This document shows positions 40,401 to 52,400 of a stretch of 64,000 bases of DNA, piece by piece (within the stretch, counting starts at the first letter, position 1; every line of letters starts with the position of its first letter). The stretch covers positions 4,562,760 to 4,626,759 of the forward strand of contig CM082576.2 in the NCBI GenBank assembly GCA_040954595.2, written 5' to 3'. Under the pieces are notes generated by a model. It was not told the origin of the DNA and searched no databases. It worked only from the letters and a program-made list of their open reading frames with translations. A program made the position numbers and the translations under genes. This DNA comes from Balanoglossus misakiensis (taxonomy: Eukaryota > Animalia > Hemichordata).

Positions 40401-43400
40401 TGCGAGGCCGACAGAAATATCTGTTTCTTTTTTTGGTCTAATAGAAAAGCCATCCACAGGAAAAGCATCATAATTTGCCCGTTATCCTAGGATATTTAAC
40501 TTTGAAAAATCGAATAAATGCAATCAGCTGCTCATAAAACAGGTAATTTATTTTACGTCTTTTAAGGTGTCAGCGTTATTTACAAATTAATGATTAATGA
40601 ACTGTATAAATCCTTCAGTGTCTGTTGTTATGTGAGCAATGTGGTGCTCATTTGCATAATGCGAGGTCACAAGATTTGCATAGAGATGTGGCAGTCTGTA
40701 ATTAGCAACAACAATAAACAGAGACTCAACATGGTTGGTGTAGCTTTAGCTTTTAATATAATTCCAAGAAAACAAGAGGGTTGATATGAAAAAGAATATT
40801 TACTGAACAACTGAAAAAGACACAAATGCATACACAGTTACCCAGCTTGTAAATTGGTCAAGTCGGATTTAACCTCTGGTCACCAAAAAAAAAACACTTA
40901 AGGAAACCAGTATTTCCAGTTGGTATTCTGTGAAAACAAATGTTTTGCCGCGCCTGTGCCAAGGTCTTGGGCTCCACCCACTAATCAATCAACAACAAAA
41001 AACCCTAATGACTTTTTGAATCAAGCCAGCATTAACTTTATTTAGATGCATGTCTTGTGTTGATGCAGGAATTCCAGGACTGATGATCTCAATGGTAATT
41101 TCAAGGTTGTATGATCAAGCCTGTGGGGTAAATGATTCAGAGTATTGTGTATTGTATTGGGAGGGGGAAGGGTCAAATATATTGTGTATGGGGGGGGGGG
41201 GTGTCAAAGAAGGAAACCAAAATAAACCTGAGAGGCTATAATGTATGAAGTTGTTGTTTTGATAAATTGTCACTCAATTGCCCTTGACCAGGCATGGAAG
41301 TTTTTCAAGGGGTCCCTTAGAAGGCAGGCATGGTGAAACGAATCTCTTTGGCTGACATATGTTACAGAAATAGATTTACCTGTGTTTTTATTTTGACGCA
41401 GAAGAATTTTAACATGACTAAACTGTATACACTTTCAGAGTGGTGGTTTCCGAAGCAGCCATCTTGGCTGTAAATATATGCTCAGTCCTGACAGTTTTAT
41501 GCTCATTGAAAATCAGCACGTGAACCCTCGCGCCTCACTGGAAAGATGCCCGAACGCGACCAGATGACTGTTTTTTTGGGAGGAATTTGGATAGTGTTGG
41601 TCACATTCGTTGTGAAAAAAACAGCCCCCCATCCCTCGATGTGAGGGCAGCTGCTTCCCTTCGACGTACCATTGTTCAGTAGAGGTTGTCTTTGTCAGTC
41701 AATGCCAGTGGGAGATTTCAATGTATGCAACCTACTTTCCCCCTGCATGCATTGCTGACCTACTTCCGAATGGCAGAAAGTGGTCAGAATTCGACTTTTA
41801 TTTCTGCCTTCATGCAAGTTAGCCCTTTGCTTGGGGGGTTGAGTTTAGTAAACGTAGGTTAATTGCCCTTGCGGGTTTGTGAGTGTTGTCGTCAACAGCA
41901 GCACAGCCGAGTCACGACGACGGTGAAAAGTTACGTTGGTAAATGAATGAATCACTCGCAGGGGTAAACATGGCGGCGGCGCTTCACGCTGTTGTTTTGA
42001 ATCCAAAATACAGTTGACCTTGCCCAGTAGTGAAGCGCACAAAAATGTGGCGTGTCGCAGTTTGGTCTCGTTTTGGGTTGTTTGCAAGCAAACCAAATGG
42101 CAAGAACGAAAATAAAAGATGCTAAATGTTTATTGACAGAATTGTGCACCTTTAAATCCTTTTCTTTAAATGACACCTCCCTTTCCCAGGTTGGTCATGT
42201 TGCATCATTCTGAGTCCAAAATGGCAAACTCAAGGCTCTCACACCACAATGTATGAGATTGCTCGACTGACATGAAAAGACAATTTTATTTTTAGCAACA
42301 GCATGTTAGTTCAACAAATAAGTACTTTGGTACGTTACCTTGAGTGATAGCTATGTGTTTTCAGCATGCTTTATCATAGCTCAGTAATTACATCCTTATT
42401 TCTCATCCTTGTGATACGTGTGCTGTTCTTCCAAAAAAAATTCAAACTATTTCTGAATCCTTGTGCAGGAATGCTTTCATTGTTTTTTTCTCTCCTCTGA
42501 TCAAGAATCAGTTTCCTGCGAGTTATGTTCACGGTCTGAAATTTTGTGTTTATCTCTGTAACATGTGCAACCCAAGAATGATAAATGTGAGAAATTATAC
42601 ATTTCAAGGTGGCCGTCGCCACTTAAATGCATAGTTTGTTTGTTTTTCACTTCCGTTTCTAGCCGTGGACCGACTCAGCTGGTCTGGCTGGGTTAATTTT
42701 TCACCTGAGCAAGGCTACAGATGAAACAGAAAAATAATACATGTTATCAGATGTTTGCCCATTATTTATCATTCTAAAAAGAGAATTCTTTTCACGAATT
42801 GCTCTCACTCATAAAATGTACAGCTTTTCACGGCATGATAATTCATCCATTGTCCAGCGGTACCTGAGCTGATGGTGGTGGTGAGGCAGCTGCCCCTTGT
42901 CAAAAAAATAAATATAAAATTTCCAGTCGTCGTCATCGAATGGTGACAATGATAAGCAGGTTATTGAACTTTTGGCTGCACAATACATGCACACGCTCCG
43001 GGAATCCATTGATCTTCCGGTTGCCCAAGAAATCACTTATCAAATTGGGGAGATATATTATTAGGTCATTCAACTATTCTGTACATACCAACAACGGAGA
43101 CCAGTGCGCTGTGAGAAAACCTACCCACGAATATGCATTGCACTTTTTGCTTCCTGTAAAATGAGCTTTCTGGTAACTTCATAAGACATGGGGACAATCG
43201 TATACATTTTGTTTAAAAAAGAATAACAAATCGACGATCTACTGTTCTACGCAAAAGCGACATACATGTCTTCCTTTTCTACTTAGGTCCAGCTGTCTTG
43301 ACAGCGTTTTGGCAAAAGTTCAAATTCTTTCCCGCAGTACTGTGCTTCACATGATCGGAAAGAAACCCATATTTTTGTAATGAGCTCTTCATTTATTTCT

Positions 43401-46400
43401 CGGATGACAGCACAAACTGAATACAGGAGGCATATATTTTTTTCCCAGTGAATCGTGAAAATCAAATCATGCATATATATGTGTAGGCATAGAAGAAAGT
43501 TTAGTCGTTTACTGGAACATATTGTGAAAAACTGTATTAATTTTGAGTTGTGGAGGTCATTTTGATGAAATAATTACAAACAATTTATTTGTAGGATTCG
43601 GTAACCTGATATCTTTTTCTGTTATTGCAATCGAAATAATTGTGTAAACGTTCCCACAAGGATGGTAGCCATAGCATGTGGTAATATTATGTGTTTTGTA
43701 CTTCATTTTGTACAGTGTTTTAAACACAGTGGAAGATTAAGAGCCTGCTTGTTTCCTTTTCCTAGACAGAATCAAAGTCATTTAATCTGCACACATCATT
43801 TGAGTAGTTCAGCATTTCATAATACCCCCCCCCCCCCCTTCCTCCCCCATCTTTCATCCCAAGGCAGGTTCTGTAGATGCCATCATCTTTACCATCAGCT
43901 TGACCTTGATATTCTGGCATTGATCCAACAATAGACATCATGTGGAACACACCTGAATAGGGAAAGATTCTCCTCAATCTCACCTGGAAACTCGTTGGGC
44001 TCCACTTTAATATAAATGAAGTGACCCACCCACAGACATGTCAAGCTTTTGACAAACAATTGCTCAATGTTTATCTGTAATATCTTAACTCGAACATGTA
44101 CTGTAGTTTAAACTGATTAGTTTATACAAGGACTTCATGATGTCACCAAGCGTTCATTATTTCTGAGTTAAGGGAACATTTTGTCATTAATATCTTTACA
44201 AAATAATGAACTCTTCTGAAACTATTTGCTTCTGAAGGGAAGGATGGACAGGAGAAAATACTGAACCAGGAGAACATAATAATTGTGAATGGTACATATG
44301 AAAATAATAACAAAACTTGATTCACACAATAATTGAAATAAAATTGCAACACACTTATGCAAATACTTGGCACGATGGCACAGTGTACAGGTACACAAGC
44401 ATTCAAACGTGTCCTAAGTATTAGGACTCTGTGCCCTTATTCGCATGTGTATTATACAAACTACAGTGCATGTGTGGAAGAGTGCCGTGGGACAGAACTC
44501 TGTGGGATGCAACTGTAGGTGTGGGTAGGAAATGCGTGATATGCCGAACGTGGGCATCCCGTGGGCCCTTCTCCGGTAACTGTCGCAAGTCCGAGCTAAC
44601 GGTTACAGCTTATCGCACACGCAGCTAGGCTCTGCTGTGATTATTTTGCAAAAAAAAGAAACTAAACGATTCTCTGAGATGCCAGCGATCAGTGAAACGG
44701 CAATGCCAGCAACCGTTGTGTGCACTGTAGATGCATGAGTCAGCATAATATGGAGTGACACTGTATTGAGTTGCAGTGTGGCCTTCCGCCGTGAATGTGT
44801 CAGGATATTGTGTTCTGAAATGTATACACCTCCATCTGATACATACACTGAGATACTTTTGAAAATTACATTGTAACATTGGGTGTACATGCATCTGGGG
44901 TCACTGACTTCTCTCTCTGGTGGTGATAATATGTTACGTGCAATTGTCATGAATGTTCATCCTCAAATGTTAGAGCCAGGATCAGAACATCAGCTGTCAC
45001 ATTTCACGTCCAAGTATGTACGCGACGCGCACACCTCCTGTCAATTATAGTGTTGAATAATCATTAAATTGATTTACAATGTCCATAGTGAATCTGTGCG
45101 TGATGTTCACATCAAATATAAGCATTGTGGGTAAACGTTATTTGCCAGTCATAATACCAGCATTTAGATGATTCCGTCTTGCTATCTACAGTGAGTGGTT
45201 TTGCAAGTTCAAAATCTGCTGTTGGGGTTATGAATTCAGTTTTACTTTCTGGCAAATCTGAGATGACAGACTGTTTTCTATTCCCCAGAGAGGCATCGTT
45301 GCTAATACTATAGTCTTGCATCAACATTATTGTGTTATCACCTTTTCCCTTTTTCGTGGTTTTTACAGGGCGGAGAAGTCCAGGCATGCCGCTAAGATGC
45401 GTCGAGACAAGGAAGGCGTGGAGATTGTTGCCCTGGCTAAGCTGCTGCCGTTTCCTGAGGAAATCACAACCAAGCTGGACAAAGGCTCAATCATCAGACT
45501 CACTACTAGTTATTTACGAATGAAGAAGTTCACACAAAAAGGTAGCCCGTCCTTTACCTCAGAGTTGGTCACGCGACGCACACTCACTCACTCACTCACT
45601 CACACCCATGCTTGACTTTTGTGGGTGTCACACCAGTCGGCAAGTCCAAGGCGTGTTGTTGACCGATATTGTCGTTTTCATACAAAACTTCATCATTTCC
45701 TGTAGTTGTACTGATAATGATACATGTACGTGAAGTTGTCTTCAGAACAGAGACACTTTGATTTTTCATTCAGAGTTTTATATATATTAATTTTGGTGTT
45801 ACAATGTATGTGGTATGTGAATTTTGTTTTAATTGTTTGTTTTGAATTTGATAGAAAAATGAAAAAGATATAAAAACACTCCCAAAATGACAGCAAACGC
45901 TTCCTTTTACAGGACAGAATAGCCTGGAGCCATTCACACTGGAAGTGAAGTAGTTATAGACTACATGAAATATAGTACATTCATTGTTGCCGACGCCAAA
46001 TTCGGCATTCCATTCAAAGAAAGTCATCAAACCGTAGTTTTTATACCGTTCGCTGTTTAACAGTGGGGCATTGACCGGCTGTCTTGCTGCCTCAGGTCAT
46101 TGGATGTTCCGTCTAACAGTAGTGGTCATTGCCTGCCGTAAAAAAAAAATCCCAAATCAATCCATGGAAATTGGTGATGGATATGGTTGCCGTAAAAAGG
46201 CAAACTTTACAACGTGTACTTATTCAGATTCAGAACAGTGTTTCCGGATTGTTATATCGAAATGATCAGAGATTGAATTCATATACAATAGAAACTCAGT
46301 GTAATAAAATTAAATTTTCAAAAAATTTATTTCAAATGTCAAAAGTGTTCATATTTCAAATTTACACATTATACAAGTAATGTAGCACAACCAATAAAAT

Positions 46401-49400
46401 TTACTATAATTACATGCTGAAGCAAAGTAACACAAGTTTTTGTTAGAAACCATGAACTTACCATATAAATTGAATCTCCTAACAGCTTTTTAACTTTTCA
46501 TTGGCCACACATCATTAGTTCACTTTAAATGTCAAAGTTGAAAGGTCAAGCAGACCGCAAAGAATTATTCGCCTATCTTGTCCCAAACCAGATTTCAGTG
46601 TATTCAGTTATATTGCTCGTAAATGCCAGCCAGGCCAAGTGATATATATGTATATAAATGGGATCCTAAAGTATAATTTTATTTTCAATTTCAGTTTATG
46701 TCCTCAATATCATTTTTGCGTAAAAAGAGACTTCAAGCGAAGCATTCTACTCTAAGAAGAAATAACCATTTTTCTAACACAGTTGCTGGACAAGTGAACA
46801 CTTCCTGGTCGAAACCAGAGTGTGTGAAAAAAATCAATCGTCAGATTCAACCACTGGAAAATTAACATGGCTGTCATGCCAAAGTTTACACCACACGAAC
46901 TCTGAAACTTTGAAAACAGACAACTTTCACTACTCTCTCCCTGTGGAAAAAAAAATGCAGTCAACTGGAAATTATTTTTGTCACAAGTGACATTTGATTG
47001 TGTTTTCATTTACAGAAGGGGATGCTTTATTGGACGAGCTGAAGCTAAAACAACCCAAAGCCATCACTGCTGGAGAATCGGAGTGCAAAGTGGTCGCACA
47101 GAGAAAAGTTGAAGAGGGAGCTCTTATGCTCGAGGTACAGTTCACTCCAAGAGAGTCTGTCTGTCCGATACTTCCTAAAACTCCCTGAGAAATCTCAAGA
47201 ACTCTCTCACTGAGAAAACAACTTGGGAATGTTCCAAGCATTACTACATTTGGGCGATAAGGCTTATTTAGGAACTTACATGTCTTAATCTTTTTTGATT
47301 TAAATAAATGAAAGAAAAGGTCTCCATAAATCAATCATCTATGGATGGTTGATCAAGGGATTAGCAGTGCTGTTAGCTTTTGATCTGGCAGAAATTCTAT
47401 TTCCCACCAAGGACAGTGCAGAAATCTTAGAAGAAAAAATTAGCCAAGGATGACGGCCGGGGCCTGGTTCCTGTCAGCGCATGAGGGATGAGGTGCAAAT
47501 GTTAATGCAGAAAATGTCCACCAATGTCAGGAACTTCTGACGTTTGTGTCGCCGTCCAGCAGTGTTAATTGTTTTCTCACTCGCCGTTATTGCAGTAATT
47601 AAGTTCTCCTCAGCTGATTGGGTTGGCTCGTTTCCCGCTCGCGCCACTGTTTATGTGTTTTTGCCCCGGGTTTGTCAGCTGTCAGGAGGGTGAAATGACA
47701 CGGTTGTCCTGAAATTATTGATGGTTCTTCAGTGCTTATAATGGCTAGGGCTGTCTCTGTATCATTTGGTTAACCTTGACACGACATGGGTATGGGGTTG
47801 GTGTACTTGCATCCGTTGAAGGCCGTACTGCGCAAATGTAACCGATTAGACTCCGTGCAGAATGACTGATTGGTCGGGGGGTCCTGTTGTTTGTGTGAAG
47901 GCATTTTGGGTATCCAATGAACGAATTCGGGATGGAATGTGAAAGTTATCTCTTCCTGGAAGACTTTGTGTTTCCAGTTATCCAGCAGAGTTGAAATTCA
48001 CCTTGCTGACATCACCAGGCCACATAAACACTGAGTGACAATTTCCCAAGTCGTCAGTGATGTAGAAATATCGCCGCAGGGAAAATAAAAAAAATAATAA
48101 TAACTGACTCTCAGATAAATGATTGGCTGTAAAGGTCACTGATCGCTCAAAAAAGTTACGTTTTTTCTGTAATTGAAGAAATAGAAATGTTCTGTTAAAC
48201 TGTTAGTCACATTCAGTGAACAGATCAAACTTCATACAGAGTAGTAGGTGGGTTGACAAAGTTTTTGGCGTAAACACACTTTCTGGTAGAACTTTGACAT
48301 TTTCTAATGTCAGCACAATTTTCTGCATGAGTGGTAGCGACTACTGCAGCAATTGCTTCCCCCATAAATTACATACTGTTTTTTGTCAATAATCTCAGAG
48401 GCTACCGACGTCAAAGCCCCGTATCAGATTATTTGATTTGGTGCTTATATTACAGTTACTGTAATTTCTTTCTCCTTTTCCTTGCAGTCGCTAAACGGCT
48501 TTGTTATATTCATCTCGCGGAAGGGGCGTGTTCTCTACGTCGCCGATAACGTGGTCAAGCATCTCGGTATTCCACAGGTGTGTTTCTGTTTCTTCTCCCA
48601 ATTTTCCACAGTGACTGTATATTATTTAAAAAACAAAGACATTAAAATTTAATCTAGATCTTACATGTACATCCGTACATACTGGTACATGCTTGCTTCT
48701 CACAAATAGCAAAAAGTTGAAACTATATGCTCTGGCCAACTTCACAAGAAAGTTTTGTCAAGTTCGATGTTAACTTGTCCTGCCTCTCACTACAGCACGA
48801 TATGATCGGAAATAATATCGTGGAATTCATCCATCCGGACGATCAAAAGGAGCTGGCCAAACAGTTCATAGTGAAGAGACCGGGACAGCAGTCGTACAGT
48901 GGCTACGGAGTCACAGATTCTGGAGACTCGCCGCTCTCCATGGAAGTTCATTTCTTTGATGAATCAGGTTAGTACCTGCAATCTTCAGCCGGGAATATCA
49001 ACCAATCAGACATTGTCTTACAAGTAACGTTAGGTGTGAATTGAATCATAGATTGCCTTCATGTGGTGATCGATACACACTGCATACACTTTCTGTGTAG
49101 TGTGGATTGAACAACTATGATTTGTATTGGCTTTACAGAGAAGGGAAAAGGTAGTTCAGTGATCGATTATATCCAGGAAAGGTCCTTCTTTATGAGGATG
49201 AGATCCGTCACACCGAAAAAAGGAACCGGAGGAAAAGGAAAAGTCATCGGTTACAGGGTAAGTGGTCACTGCTCAGAAGTGTGAGTGCCAACTTCAGTGC
49301 GTTTTTTTTCAGACGAAACTTTTGATATGCATTTTCTTGAAAAAACTTGGGCAAAACTTCAGACGACTGATTCATTCTGATTTGCCTAAATTTGAGTCTA

Positions 49401-52400
49401 GTGACAGTGCCCCAAATTCCATCATTGTAGATGATATCTAGTGGGTGTCAAAAAAAATAATTGTTCTTGCTGAGAATCTTAGGAGCTGTCGGTGAATTGT
49501 ATGAGATTCTGTTACTAATGGAGGCACAGGCATCCTGGCCCCCCTCTGAGTATAATTATTTCAATTTGCCGTTTATCCGCTCTTGTGAATGATCGCTCGG
49601 TAAACAATCTGAGCATTGGCGCCCAACCACCTGTCAGGAAACACGCACTTTTCAAGCGAGTGGAACAGTTCACAGTTGCTGCGAGAAAAGAGCAGAGGTC
49701 ACCGGGGGACAGATTTCACGGAGTAATTTACACCTGTTGGAACAGACGCTGTCAGGTTTTTTTTAGCGAAAACCTGGAGTGTGCTGTGAAAGGAGAACAG
49801 TGATTAGGTGTTTCAGCTTATGGTATTAGTGTCAATGGGATTGCGTTGTAAATCCATAACTGACATGGAGTGGATTGTTATTGGGATGTGGTTTGCATGT
49901 GTATTCAGTCCACAGGTCATAGTACTACAAGCATAAGCATTGATTGAAGGCAACAAGGTTTTGATTTGGTAATGCTCTTTCGTGCTCAGAGAAATCTTTT
50001 ATGCCTGTTGAAAAACATGGATTTTGCCAGATATATCTGGTATTGAGCTGGATTAGACAAGGCATTGAACTGAAGAAGCTAATTTATCAAAGTCAGTCTT
50101 AGGTGGCCTATGTGTGTGTGTATGGATGAACGTGTAAGCTAAATATTGAGAAAAATGAAGTGGAAATGCACCCAGTGTTTTTCATAGGATCTGGTTAGTT
50201 GGTAATAAGCAAGTGTATGTACCTGAACTTTAGAGAACTGATTTTAGAGAACCTTTGCCCATATACATGTACAGTAGTTTGGAGAGGTGGATTTGGGGCT
50301 GAGAAGAGAAAGTTTTACTGTGCTGTTTTTCAGATCTAGATTAGTCTGTGCTTAAATTAGATGTTATTTGATGAAGATTGTGTGTTATCGGTGGAACAGT
50401 ACATTGACACACACACACACATATACACACTCACACAAATTCAGAGGCTGACATCTGCCAACTCGTGACTTAAACCAACTGAGTTTCATAGACCAACAAC
50501 ATTTAGTAACCACGTCACGACATAAGCTTCTTAAATTGAAAATTTGACTTTGCCAAGGAAGGACTCCCACACCTGAGCAGACTTTCCCAAAGGCCATCAG
50601 GAAGACAGTCGTGCAGTGCGTGTGTGTGTACTTGTGTATTGACTGTGTGAGATTGTTGTTATTCAATGCATGAAAGAAGGATGTTTTTCAGACCGTTTCC
50701 AACCCACCTGTATCTGCCTGCGAGGCACGGCGTGTAGGAGAACCGACTCCTTCAGCCGGTAAGAAGCCATGCAGCCACTCACAGTCAGTAATGAGATGTC
50801 TTAAAAGTTACGGAAATTGCTATTCTGCTGGAACCAAAATATCCACGGAAGTGAGTTTTTCCCAGTGGAGGGGGAAAACAGATCCTTTTTCTGCGTGTCG
50901 TGAATTTTACCAGATCTGACAGAAATCATTGTAGTCAGCACAGCCAGTGAATTTGCTTTCCCGCCGATCATTTCCACTGCATTTATGCCTCTTCCACATG
51001 TACACACCTACTGCCAATTTGTGGGAGCTCTTTAAAAGCGTTAATATGCGATGAAAAGTTCAGTCAAATTTCCAAGTTGATAACTAATAGATGTGTTGAC
51101 ATTTTTCATACGCCACAGAATTCTGTATTTTTGTTATTGCGGACATTTCATTGAGAGTGGGTGTATCAAGTACACGTGTAATCGTCATGTCGTGTTTCTA
51201 GAATTGTGCTCCCAGGAGGGGTTGCATTTTTCTGGATTGGGCTTAATGCATGTATTGTGTCCATTGAGCTGTGTGTGTATGAGACTCCCCCGCGCACCTG
51301 TGTGTGTCAGCTTCTCAGAAGTTTTAGCTCAACAAGTGGCCGGGAAATTATCTCCAAAGCGTGCTACTCCAGTAATCGTGATCCATATATCTTGAAAAGT
51401 GTTGTACTTGAAATTGTTTTCACCTTTTAATGTGCCTGATATTTTACTTTCCAGTTTCCGGCAACTAACTTCTGGTTATTTTTTGGCAATTTTCCTGACA
51501 TTTCGAGATTTAGCTCATCAATATTTAACGCTTATGGTCTCCGTGTATGTGATTTTCTGATTGGATCTGTGGTTTGCAGAAATGTCAAGTGTTATATTGG
51601 GAAGCGCTTCAAACACAAACCAACGAGGCATTGTCGTGTCAACAACATGCTCACATCAGAATGAAGTGGACGGCTGATCTTTATCTGATGTTGAGGTGAA
51701 GTCAACGGTGGCTGTATTTCAATCTCCAGGTTTTGATTGTGTTTTATGGAGTCTGAGATCTCAGTCTGTTTGACAGTTGAAGGCCCTTCTGTGCACCAGC
51801 CAAGCCTGCAAACTGCCAGTGTCTATACGTCAGAGATGTTCAAGGCCCTTTAGAATCTCACTAGATGCGCTGTGATGATTACCTGAAAACAGATGTGTTT
51901 GGGTCTGAATGTGACCAAAACAACCCACCCCCTCCCACCCCAATTATGTGAAACATCGAATCTGCCAGTCCCCCACCCCATCCGATCAGTTCCTATGACA
52001 AGTCCTTAGCAATAATACAACCCCCATGCCATTTATTAGGGGACCAAGCGCCCTCAGGCGCTTGGTCCCCTTCTGTTATTGCTGGAGTTTTTCTTCTTTC
52101 TTCTTGAGTCGTTTTTTTGCTCCCGTTTTTCTCTGAAATTCCGGCACCTGCGCCTATGAAGTTTAGCACGATGATTGGGGCCCATGAGTACTAGTGCACC
52201 TGCCCTTTGAATTTGTAATTAGTCACGTGACTTGGTGGCTATAATCGAGCGAAATTTTCAAATTGACCTAATTTGCACGTTAATGGGGGAATGTACATTC
52301 TTTTCGCGATTTTTGTAGACCATGTGGCCAAAATCCCCTGTGCCAAATTTCAAGGTCCTAGGCCACGTCGATTTTGAGAAGAAGATTTTTGTAATATTTT

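Noticed and set aside
44411-44433. Short palindrome gtcctaa-gta-ttaggac followed by tctgtg
   Set aside because: Only 7-bp arms and no flanking duplication; cannot be called a second micro-element.
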